A stretch of 24,760 nt of DNA from a virus (Duplodnaviria; Caudoviricetes), in IMG/VR virus record IMGVR_UViG_3300005077_000101, positions 1-24,760 of that record; one strand, given 5' to 3'. The notes beneath the pieces are model-generated. The model worked only from the letters and a program-made list of their open reading frames with translations, was not told where the DNA came from and did not search any database. Below, piece by piece: positions 10,010 through 20,600 of this stretch. Position numbers and translations under genes: made by a program. Position 1 is the stretch's first letter. Every line of letters begins with the position of its first letter.

Positions 10010-11635
10010 TTACTTAGTAAGTAATAGGTTTTCTCCTGTTGCTAGGAAGCTTGGTAGGTTATCAATGATAACCGCACCGAAGAAATCTCTACGGATTCAA
10101 GCCTTACCATAGCGGCTTAGAATACCTCTCCTTGGAACGAAGATAGTAGCTGGATCGAAAATAACTGGAGACATTACACCGATGATGTATGGACAATAGA
10201 TGTATCCAGCGTCATAGACCTGATTACCCTTATAGCCCATTAAAATTTTGTTATAACGCTCGGTTCCTGAAAGCAGTGGATCTACGAAAATATTCCACTT
10301 ACGACTCAAGGTACCTAGCTTGGTTATACCAACATTACCGATGTTACCAGTTCCATCATTATCAACCACCATACCGGGAAGAGTTTCAACAATTGCGGCA
10401 ACTTCTGGTGACATTACTGCCCATGATGCAGGCCCGCGCTTCGTTGATACGAAGATTCTGTGAGATACTGCATTCATCTTACGAAGAATACCTCTGTGAT
10501 GCTCTTCAAATGTCGCATAGAAACCTTGTGCGCTTGCGCTTACATTGTAATCTCAAGTTTCCTCGATTCTGCGATCATATCCAGTATAAAGGTCATGAAG
10601 AATTTCACGATCAATTTCCAAAGTAACATGCTCTGTCAAGAAGTCAGTCAGGGTCTTTTCTATGTCAAGACCGTGATAAGCCTTAGCGTCTTGCTCGATT
10701 TCAGTAGTCCATACGACTTTCATCTTACGAGTCTTGGCCTCAACTGGCTTAGACTTCATTTCGATACTTACTTCAGCAATTGTTGAAGTGTTTTCTGAAG
10801 AATTCTTTGTTGCTCTCATGTAGTATTCAAGAGTACCAGAAGCGGCTGTTAGACCTATATTCATAGTGGCTCCTGTAACATCTACAAATGCAGAGTTAAC
10901 TGTATCGGAACTTAATGCTCTCTTGATATAGAATCTATCCGTATGGACGAATCCCATATACTGAGTTGGGGCACCATATGGATATGGCTGAGTGACTCCA
11001 GCATAATTCCATACAACTTGTCCTCAAGCTGTAATTGTAGAATTATAGAATCTTAGAGTCGAACCCCATTCTAGATCAGCAGTAATACCACCTAGACCTG
11101 TAGCAGATCCAATGTTTAGATATTGCTGACCATTATTCGTATCAGTTTGCAATGTACCCGTTAGGGCCAAATCGCCAGATGACTTATATGCAGAATACTC
11201 GCGTGTGAACGCTGCACTTTGGAACGCATCACTTTCAACATGTCCATAAGGATAACCAGTAGTTGTACCAGCAGAGTTTACATACTTGTAGTCAATGTAG
11301 AATACAAGCGTCTGAGGTGCAGACATTGGCTGAACAGATACAATTTCCTTAGCAATTAGTGTACCATACACTCTTCTTACCAACGGGAAAGCAATCTTGT
11401 TAAATGTTGCAATGTCTGATGTTGTTGTGGTTTCCTTAAGGATTCCTGACAATTCTCTTAAAGCAAGAGCTTGGTTTTCTAAAAGAATGGAAACATCCAT
11501 AGCTTCCTTTGCGCCAAGCTTTCTTAGAAGAGAAGTGCGGGATCACTTTTCAAAAATGCGTTGCCTACGAGCAGTTTCGTCACGATACTCTGCACTTTCA
11601 ATCAACTGTTGTGTCATTTTAGCTAATGCATCCAT
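10010..11635 (-). CDS. gp23: Major capsid protein, T4 gp23-like, 541 aa (code 4)
   Basis: FEKWSRT...ILLENQ...AFPLVRRVYG...IVSVQPMSAP...VEAKTRKMKVVWTTEIEQDAKAYHGLDIE...LEIDREIL...GYKG...DAGYIYCPY...PRRGILSRYGK. Three track ORFs joined; four TGA in total; AGGAG SD. Confidence 0.96.
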
Positions 11636-11658
11636 TACCTTTTTTCTCCTTTAGTTAA

Positions 11659-12564
11659 TTATAAGTTGCAAAGATCGGCAAATCTATCGTAAATTTGCTT
11701 TTCTTCCGATTCCGTCAAAACTTCTTTGTTAAATTTTTCTGGAACCAAATTTCTGTTCTTAAGATGTTCTTCGATTGTAACTTTCTTCTTTGGCTTTTCC
11801 TTGGTTCCGTGAATGTTTGTAGAAAGTTTTTCTGCAAGTTTCTCTCTAATTTTTTCACGATATTCCTTTAGAATTTCCTCATTTGAGAGTCCAGACTTGC
11901 GCTTTGCTGCAATTCTATTAAGGACTTCTCTCTTTAATAATTCCTCTTCTTCATCAAATTCATCTTCATCTTCTATGTTAATATCGATGTTGTCTTCGCC
12001 TTCGCCACCAATATTAAATTCATCTTCTTCTTCAAATTCTAATTCTTGTTCTTCATCTCCAACTCCGTCTCCCATTACGGCAGCATCTTCTTCGCCACCT
12101 TCTAATGGAGCGTCTACGGCTTTGAATATGATTTCATTATCATCTTGCCCAACTTCTGCTTCATATTCTCTTCCGTTTACTTTAATTTGAAGAATTTCAA
12201 CATCTCCAGAATCCAATTCTTCTGCTGAAGGTGGTGGAGTTCCTATTTCTTCTGATGGTGCTTCATCTTCTACTGGAGGAAGCTCTTCGCCACCTTCTAC
12301 TGGAAGATCATCGCCAAATCCTTCTTCCTCTTCAAATTCATCATTCTCTGGGATTGGGTTTTCTAGATCATCCTCTAAGTCGCCTCTCATCTCTTCGATC
12401 TTACGACTTTTATTTGCTTCTTCTTCTAAAGTTTTCATAAGATATTTATCTACCTCTGGATCTAATTGCTTATAAAGTTTCTCTCTAAGTTGTACGACTG
12501 TAGCGTTGCGAAAATCTTTTGATTTTTCAACCAATTCTTCAATCGGTCTTTTCTTGTTAGGCAT
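11659..12564 (-). CDS. Prohead core scaffold protein, 301 aa
   Basis: Highly acidic, helical, immediately upstream of the capsid gene; many L/I-x-E sites; C-terminal RFADLCNL; no Trp. Confidence 0.75.
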   Translation of the reverse strand: MPNKKRPIEELVEKSKDFRNATVVQLREKLYKQLDPEVDKYLMKTLEEEANKSRKIEEMRGDLEDDLENPIPENDEFEEEEGFGDDLPVEGGEELPPVEDEAPSEEIGTPPPSAEELDSGDVEILQIKVNGREYEAEVGQDDNEIIFKAVDAPLEGGEEDAAVMGDGVGDEEQELEFEEEDEFNIGGEGEDNIDINIEDEDEFDEEEELLKREVLNRIAAKRKSGLSNEEILKEYREKIREKLAEKLSTNIHGTKEKPKKKVTIEEHLKNRNLVPEKFNKEVLTESEEKQIYDRFADLCNL

Positions 12565-12594
12565 ATTTTAATCTCCTTATGTGCTTACATCATA

Positions 12595-12604
12595 TAATTA
12601 TATA
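12595..12604 (-). promoter_or_regulatory. Putative late promoter (TATATAATTA)
   Basis: 30 nt upstream of the scaffold ATG; an identical decamer occurs at 17614. Confidence 0.55.
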
Positions 12605-12632
12605 TCTGTTTTTTAAAAACAGAAAAAAGTTG

Positions 12633-13229
12633 TTATTTACCTTCTAATAATTCCGGATCGTATTCCATGCTCATCAATTCATCAACTGATGGTATATTTT
12701 CCGCATGAGATTGATTATTTGGAGTTGTATAATCTAATGGTGGAACATAATTTTGATTATTGTAGTCGTTCATGTAAGCTTCTGCTATACCAGTTTTTGC
12801 AATACTACTTCCACTACCAAAATCTTGTGGTTGAACATATCCTCCGCTTGGTACATGATTTCCACCTCTTAATTCACTCATGTAAGCTTCTGCCATTCCT
12901 GTTTTTTGCATTCCAGAAAGTCTACCTCTATAATCATGATTTGTACTTCCAGCAGGCTCTAGCAATGCAGCATAATCATCGTTTCCAATTGGTATTCCAA
13001 CCTCCCTCGACGCACCCTCTACAATTTTATCTTTAATGGATCGCTTTGATACAATTTCTTTTATCTTTTTGTCCATCTTCAAATCAACAACCTCATTAAC
13101 CGCCTTGGCAATGTCATCGCTTAATTCTTCTAATTTGTCATCAACGATTCGTGAAATTTCAGAAGTCATGACTTCCTTAACCACTTTGCGAATCATTTGA
13201 TTTAATTTAGTCTCTGTTATTGTTGCCAT
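12633..13229 (-). CDS. Hypothetical protein, 198 aa, with internal repeat
   Basis: AGGAG SD; N-terminal ITETKLNQMIRKVVKE helix; KTGxAEAYM occurs twice. Confidence 0.8.
   Translation of the reverse strand: MATITETKLNQMIRKVVKEVMTSEISRIVDDKLEELSDDIAKAVNEVVDLKMDKKIKEIVSKRSIKDKIVEGASREVGIPIGNDDYAALLEPAGSTNHDYRGRLSGMQKTGMAEAYMSELRGGNHVPSGGYVQPQDFGSGSSIAKTGIAEAYMNDYNNQNYVPPLDYTTPNNQSHAENIPSVDELMSMEYDPELLEGK
12771..12910. repeat. Imperfect direct repeat, 108-nt spacing
   Basis: catgtaagcttctgc at 12771 and 12879, each followed by a similar gttttt(t)gca; encodes KTGIAEAYM / KTGMAEAYM. Confidence 0.75.
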
Positions 13230-13869
13230 CTCATGCTCCTACTTCTTTTGTCTTTTCTCTTTCTGAATCATACTTGATCTTATTATCTGGCTTTGACTCA
13301 TCAGCACTTAATTTCACAAGAGTTTCGGGAGAATATGTCAAAACTATTATATTTCCCTGTGTTGCGATTAATTTTCAATCCTTATTTTGATTGAATTCCT
13401 TATCCAAGAATTCATCATAAATAAACTCTACAACTTGCATAAATCCACCATCATCTTCAAACAATTCTATTGAAATAGTTCTGTTTTGATCGTCAATGAT
13501 GTATCTAATATCAAAACCCTTGTCTTTTATCATCTTGAACAAAGCATTTGCAGATTTTTCAAATTTCCCAACCTGTTCTATTCTTTCTCTATCTAATTCT
13601 TCAAACAAAATTGAAGTGTTTTTCTTATTGAATTTCCAGAATTGATAAATGTCTATCAGAACTGATGGTTCGGCATTTTCCAATATCTTTCCAACGATCA
13701 TTCTTAATCTGACTTCAAGATCTCTATTCTCATTAACACTTTTCTTGTTTATTCTTGGAGAGAAATTTGTATTGTGAACATAATCAAATAATCGAACCAA
13801 ATCATAACCCGATATATATGAAAATTCTTGCATCAATTCTTCTCTAATTTCTCTAATTGTTAATTCCAT
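13207..13869 (-). CDS. Hypothetical protein, 220 aa (code 4)
   Basis: Read-through of TGA at 13375 and 13231 to TAA at 13207, overlapping the next gene by 23 nt. Confidence 0.7.
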
Positions 13870-13881
13870 TATTTTATCCCT

Positions 13882-14517
13882 TTATTTTTGAAAAATTATC
13901 ATCGCATCTTTATAATCAGAATGATCATTTATTTTGATACGAGAATCATTGTCGAAACAATCAGCTATCTTTTGTACAACTTCCCTAAAGTTATTTATTG
14001 AAATTTTTGCAATTATAGCATCAATTGGTTTAATTATTTTAACATCAGTCGAACCAATACCGTTCAACAAGTCAACTATTTTATCTATGCTATCCTTAAT
14101 TCTCTCTTCTTTATCTGGAAATATGGATAGCGTATCTCCTTCATATAAAATCTTAACTTTGTTCATTATTTCAATTTTTAAATTTGTAAATTCTTTTATA
14201 ATATTTTCTGTTATACCATTTTTTGTTAATTCTGATTTTAATTTTCTTAATGTTGCGACTGATTGGGACAAAATAAGTCATTTATTTACAATCTTATCAG
14301 TTCCATTGATTGTGTTAACGATTTCATATAGTTTAACATTTAATTTTTGACCATATAAATACAAGAATTCAAACCTTTCATTAGTTTCTAATCCTTGAAC
14401 ATTATTTTTTAAAAATTCAAAAACAAGCTCTCTTGCTGTTGTATAAACAGATGAACTACTAATACCTTTTAGCCTAGTTAATTCATCCACAACCTTTTTT
14501 ACTTCTGAACTTATCAT
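13882..14517 (-). CDS. Hypothetical protein, 211 aa (code 4)
   Basis: Track ORFs 14278-14517 and 13882-14271 are in frame across one TGA; the ATG abuts the protease stop. Confidence 0.75.
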
Positions 14518-15201
14518 TTATACTCATTTAATTTTATTTAAAATGTCATTGATATTATTTACATTATCAACAACTTCTATTTTCTTTTTTGGTTTTTCAA
14601 CTTCTTCTTTTATTCTCTGAACAGGTATTTTCCTCATATATGCCGAATGTGTAGATGGATCTGACACAAGATCCCAACAAACCATTTCAAAATCTTCCTG
14701 AACGATGTTGACGCCATCTATGTAATTCAAGCTTCCCAATCCTCTAGAGGATATTCCCAATGGCAATCCAGCCTTGATAATAGAATAAACAATTCCAGCA
14801 TTTGGATTATGAGTTGGATCTAAAATTTCAGCAATAGCCATCAAATCCTTGCCTTCTCATCATAGTTTTCTAACACAAAACGGAACTCTTCCAAGTTGAA
14901 CCGTGCTAATGTCTGGATGGTCAATTTCACCAAGAACACCACCTACATTGTTTATGATTTCACTTAGTCTGTTGGCTTCTCTGACCAATACATTTTGTGG
15001 ATAAATTCTTCCATTTTTATTTTCAACATCTGCTCTTTGTACTGGCCCCTTGATTAATATCGACTCATCCGTTACGCTTTCTGGCAATGAGTCGAGTGCC
15101 AATGATTTATTTTCTTTAATCATATTTTCAATTGGTTGATCATGCCTCTTAAGAATGGATATGTTTCCAACCGGATGTTCTATCAATAATTGTCTTTCCA
15201 T
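14518..15201 (-). CDS. gp21: Prohead core protease, T4 gp21-like, 227 aa (code 4)
   Basis: MERQLLIE...GPVQRADVENKNGRIYP...LGEIDHPD...KLWWEGKDLM (TGA TGA)...LGISSRGLGS...VQEDFEMVCWDLVSDPSTHSAYM. Confidence 0.95.
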
Positions 15202-15202
15202 G

Positions 15203-15469
15203 TTATATTTCCCCAAAATTCTCTGTTTCTGTTCTTATTTTGACAATTGGAATTGAAATTTCATCTCAGGCCAATTTGTATCCATAATTGGCGAGAACCA
15301 TATTCAATTCAGACAAGCTTAATTCAAAATTATCTCTACGCAACTTCAAACTTGGAGCAACACTTTGTAATTTTTTATAAAGTTCTATTCTGATATGTTC
15401 TTCTTCTTGAGGATTCGCTATTTGCAATTCCTTTATTAGCATATCTCTAACCATTTTTCTAACGGTCAT
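15203..15469 (-). CDS. Hypothetical protein, 88 aa (code 4)
   Basis: TAATG overlap upstream; read-through of TGA 15266 ends 1 nt before the protease ATG. Confidence 0.7.
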
Positions 15470-16242
15470 TATTCTATTTCCTTTGCATTAATTATGGAAA
15501 CTGCCCCTATATATATATCATTATCGGACATCAATGGAGAAGTTCGAACTTCACACATTTTTGTGCTTCCATCTCCACATTTATATACAAAATCAAAAAC
15601 CTCAGACACTCCAGCCTTTCTTTTTTCTACATGATTTTTAGATTCCATTTCTCAAATGGGATTCGCAGCAAGCTCTCATATTTTCTTATTTACAATATCT
15701 TCTTTTTTATATTTTAGTGTATTACAAACAACACTATTAACTCCAGCTATATTGTCATCATCATCTATTAATATTATTCCTTCATTACTTAATGATGACA
15801 ATAAATTTAATCTAGATTCATAAATTTTTAATCTATCATGCAATAATTTTTCTGATGTTATATTAATAAAAGATACAATCACTCCTTCAACAAAGCCTTC
15901 TTGAACTCATGGAGCTATTGTATAAGTAAAAAATCTTTTATGACCATTAATTCCAAAATATCCTTCAAATGTTTGTCCATCCAAAGATAAATGAAGCATA
16001 TGTTTGTTTTCCAATGCTTCATATACAGATGGTGCTACTTTGCTTAATGGTTGTCCTTGATATTCTGAAAGGTTTTCTTTAAAGAATTCTTGAGCAAATC
16101 TTCTAGATCATAATAATAAATTTAATTCCTTATCCAACATTGCAACAGGAGTTGATATATGAGATAAAAACATTTTTACTAAAGATATGGTATTTGCTCT
16201 TTCCTTTAACAATTCTTCGATTTTTTCAATTCTTTCATTCAT
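15469..16242 (-). CDS. Stand-alone tandem PAS-PAS domain protein, 257 aa (code 4)
   Basis: PAS1: FLSHISTPVAMLDKELNLLLWSRRF...YQGQPL...YTIAPWVQEGFVEGVIVSFINITSEK. Linker: LKIYESRLNLL. PAS2: NEGIILIDDDDNIAGVNSVVCNTLKYKKEDIVNKKIWEL...FVYKCGDGSTKMCEVRTSPLMSDNDIYIGAVSII. Four TGA; no output domain. Confidence 0.85.
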
Positions 16243-16247
16243 AGTTT

Positions 16248-16706
16248 TTAAACCCTCTTCATATAATCCCATAATTCTTCTTCCTTTGTATCAATTATTA
16301 AATGGGTTTTTGAAAGCGGTGGACTTGGAATATTAATATTTTGATCATGATGTCCAACATATTCCCTAAGTCCTAAAAAAGTAAGGCCCAATATAATTGT
16401 AACAAGGATAGGTAGAATAATCTTGTTTACTGCATTGATAACATTCGTAGAATTTATTGCTTTTGTTATTTCTTTTGGATCAATAGCCAGTAATTTATTT
16501 AAAGATTGTATATCTATATTCGATATTGGAGAAAGCGAAATGCGAAAATCGCTAAATTTTTTGCAATGTTCATCTAACTCTTTTTTAATATCAGACATAC
16601 CACTCTTTAATGATTTCATCTCACCAATCAACAATTGAATAATAAAATCATCTTTTGTTAGTATAGATGGCAAATGATCGTCTTTGTGTTCAAAATCTAG
16701 GCCCAT
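16248..16706 (-). CDS. Coiled-coil plus single-TM membrane protein, 152 aa, possibly holin-like
   Basis: Heptad helix EMKSLKSGMSDIKKELDE; hydrophobic IILPILVTIILGLTFLGL; AGGTG SD. Confidence 0.65.
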   Translation of the reverse strand: MGLDFEHKDDHLPSILTKDDFIIQLLIGEMKSLKSGMSDIKKELDEHCKKFSDFRISLSPISNIDIQSLNKLLAIDPKEITKAINSTNVINAVNKIILPILVTIILGLTFLGLREYVGHHDQNINIPSPPLSKTHLIIDTKEEELWDYMKRV

Positions 16707-16717
16707 TGTTGCACACC

Positions 16718-17581
16718 TTATATTATATTTTTATTAAGCTCTATTGCATATAATAATTTTTTTGTTATGTCAACATAATTTTCATAATTGATTTTTTTTG
16801 CAGATTCAAACAAATTATTAACTATTTCGTATACTTCATTATTGAAATTATTAGATTTCTTTTGATTTTCCTTTATTTCATTTACTACAGTTATTAACTT
16901 ACCCTTAAGCCATTTTATATATTCATCTGTATCATTATGAAAAACATACTGCTCTATTACGATTTTTTGATCTTCGTCTTCAATACCATCGACTTCTTCT
17001 AAAAATTTTTTCTCCATGATTGACATCAAATAATCATCTACCTTGTTGCTTTCCAATATAATCTTCATCTCATTAAGATTTTCTAATATTGGTCTATCCT
17101 TGGTAATTTCTTCAACAAGATAGTTCTTGATTCTGATTCTATCTTCGATTCTTTGCGGATTTTTATCTTTTGATAGGCAATCTTCTAGAAATAGGTGAGT
17201 GGATACAATAGATTTATAATTGTCAAACTGTGTAGCCAAAAGAATATCTAGATTTCATATCTTTTTAACTTCAGATATGAAATCAATCTTGTCCTTTTTA
17301 TATTGTTCCAAGTTTATGTTTTCTCTTACATAGTCTCTAATTTCCTGAAGCATGATTGAAGCGGCATCTTTTTCATCTTTTCCAAGCTTTCATTCTTTTA
17401 TGACATTTGCCGCTTTTAAATATTCCTTTAGATTGGGTCTAGAAAAATATTTAATAATAAGCGTTTTTGCAACAGAAGCATCTCTTTTATTATTCTTATT
17501 TTCAAAAACGATGGATTTAGATATCAATCTTAATAAATTATTATAAATCAAGAATACATCGCTATTTTTATTATGCCTCAT
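16718..17581 (-). CDS. Conserved hypothetical head-region protein, 287 aa (code 4)
   Basis: AGGAG SD; two track ORFs joined across two TGA. The N-terminus MRHNK...LIYNNLLR...IIKYF resembles, from recollection, a family found near portal genes of environmental T4-like phages. Confidence 0.75.
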
Positions 17582-17613
17582 CTTAAATTTCTCCTATGTA
17601 GTTCTGTACTTAC

Positions 17614-17623
17614 TAATTATATA
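17614..17623 (-). promoter_or_regulatory. Putative late promoter (TATATAATTA)
   Basis: 32 nt upstream of ATG 17581; identical to 12595-12604. Confidence 0.55.
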
Positions 17624-17646
17624 GTTTATTTTGTCTCATTGATTAT

Positions 17647-20600
17647 TTATTCTTTTGGTCTTTGTGTTTCTTGATTAATTTTTTGTTTAACCTTATTAAA
17701 CATACGAATGAATCTGGATGCGCTTCTATGATATGATCATCTATCATTCAAATCAATACCCATTTTTTCAGCCTCTCTTTCAATGTTAAATATATCTCTT
17801 TCAATACTTCTTTGAGCTTGAGGATCAATATTACCTTTTGCTCTATCGAATGAGGCCCTCAACGCAATTCATCTAATTCTAGCATCTTCTCCTGCTGATT
17901 CAATTCCTTCTTTTCCAAACGGAACATTAATCATTTCATCTTCAGATTTATTTTCTAATTCTGATATTCTTTTTTCAACATTATATTCTCAAGCAGTGAT
18001 CATGGTATCTATTTTTTCAAACGCTTGATGATATTCATCCTGCTTGCCAACATTTGTGAATTCTTCTCTTGCTTTTACACTTAATTCCTCAAATGTTTGT
18101 CTTGCATTCTTTTTTGATTCTTTTAAAATCTTTATAGTCTTTGTAATAATCCTCCTATCAGAAGAACTTTTTAATTTTTCAAGTATTTTATTTCATATAT
18201 TATTAAATAAATCTGCCAATGCGTTTGTAAGTGGTTTGATGGAAAGTCCTACAATATCAGCCAATCCCTTTAACATAGGGGCATCAACACCAAAAGCTTC
18301 TCTTTTTACTTTTTTTTCTTTACCAATAGAAACATTTAAAGAAAATAAAATAGGTTCTCAAATTCTTTCTGCTGCTTTTTTATATTCTGAACTTCCAAAA
18401 GTTAAAAACTTTGCCAACTTATCTATGTCTGGCATCAATAATTTCTTTATTTTTGCTTGAATTTCTTCCGGTTCTGGATCTTTTTGAATTCCTTTCGGAT
18501 CTACTTCTGTTGGTTTTTCTTCTGTCTGTTCTTGCGATGGAGCATCTTCAAGAGCATCACCGGCAAGTTCTTTGTTTCTTCATTCGCTAGTTTCCGTTTC
18601 TTGAGGTTCTGCGAATATATCTTCGGTTCCTTTCTCTTCAAGATCCTTTTGCATTTCTCTATAAGAAGGTTGATTGGTCTTTCTTCTTCCTTTTGGACTT
18701 CCTCTTCTTTCAAGCAATGAGTTTAATCTCTTTTCAACAATGCTAAGTTCTTCATCTGTTTGAGATGTCTTTTCGTCTTTCATCTTGTCAATATAGCCCA
18801 TATTTCTTAAAACTTTAAAAGCAAGATTTTCTATGGAATATTCTCCACCCTTCTCCAGTCCAGCCTGTCTTGCATTGCTTATTTTATCATCAACATCACT
18901 CATTTGATTGCTCTCCACTGCTCCTTCTATTAAATCAATTCAATTTTGAACCTTTTCGTTCACCAAATCCATATCTATAGCATCTCTATCCCTTTTTGGT
19001 TCGCTTATTCATTCATTTTTCAATAATGAATAAACTCCGCTTGAAAAATGCTCTAGATCACTCGGCTGTGGATATACTTCAACATCATGTCCATATATTT
19101 CTATGTCATGCTTGGAATTTCATATCGTCTTCTTAGATTGAAGCAATTGCTTAAGGGTATTGTCTCCCTTTACATCAACAATAATATGTAGATCTATATC
19201 TGAATAATCTGTGTAGTTGTAATTTACCAATGATCCAGTAAATGTGATGTCTTTTATGTAAATTGTTTCTTCTATATCCAAAGATTCTAAGAATTTCTTT
19301 GCAATCTTAAGCAAAGCAACTCTTACATTCTTCTTCAATGATTTATTTTCTCACAATTTTTCACAAAGATTGTCATGCATTTTAATTTGATATTCATCAA
19401 AATTATCTTCATTCAACTTTGAAAATTTTTTGAAAATAGAATCATTTCTAAGATCTATGATATTTTTTCCTATAAAGATTCCATCATATCCACGATTCTT
19501 GATTTCCATAATTAAATGTTGCTTATCATAATTATACAATTTACATAATTCATTCATTTGATTTTCACTGATTACAATTGCATTTTTAAAATCATTAGAT
19601 GAACTTGTTTCAAACTTATTCAAGTTTAAAGTTTTTAAAGAATCGAATATTTTGCAATATTCATTTACAAATTCAATGTTTGTTTTATAAAATTTTTCAA
19701 ACAATGGAATTCTGCTATTTATTGATCTAACATATTCCAAAGATTCTTTTATATTGTTCAGCAATTCTTTTTCCAAATTTAAATATCCTTCTTCGTTCAC
19801 ATTCAAATTTAAAAGATATTGATTTTTATTTATATCCTCCTCCTCGTTTGGATCTATATTCATTATTCTCAAGGGATACTTGCCATTCTTTTTTAAAATT
19901 TCTTCAAATTCTGGAATTCTCTCTTGTGTTTTTTCATAAAGTGCTTCTAAATAAATCTTGAGAATAAAAAAATTCTTTTCATTTAAAATTTTTTCTTCAA
20001 GAGGAGTATATCTCTTTTCGTAATTTTGAAATCATCAATCATATAGTTCGTTCAAATCCATGTTTTTTGCATAATCTATTTCTCCAAAAAGATCTTCTTG
20101 TGTTTTTCGATGCGAATTTCTATTATAATATAATTTTAAACTATTTTTGAAAAAATCATTTACAAATTTTTTATCTGAAATCACTGACATTCTCATCTCA
20201 AGAACCTCTGGTTCATCTTTTCCTATTTTATTCTTTACCGCTGGTCACAATTGAGGAATCAACAAAGCAACACAATTTCATTCATCTCTACTAGTGCCAA
20301 AATATGCCTCAAGTTCATCTTCTGGCAGACTAGCCTTATTAATAAAGCTTTTTAGGGTTACAGAATTTATTTGATCATACATTTTTGCAAACATTTCCTG
20401 CAAAAGTTTAATCATAGAATTTGGTCTTCAATCTCTATTGAGCTTTTGTCTGAATTGTCCAGTATATGGATCTATTAAAAATACAGGATTTTCTCTATCA
20501 TACAACATAAATAATTGATCGTTTGGAACAAACTCTCGTGCTTTTGAATGCATTTGGTATTTATTGTTTGAAATTTTATTTATTTTATCTTCATGTTTTT

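Noticed and set aside
11930-12350. tcttc-type periodicity in the scaffold gene (also the portal tail)
   Set aside because: Explained by Glu/Asp/Gly-rich low-complexity coding, not a DNA repeat element.
12605-12628. AT-rich inverted repeat upstream of the scaffold promoter
   Set aside because: The stem is nearly all A-U and has no U-tract following it on the coding strand, so it is too weak to call a terminator.
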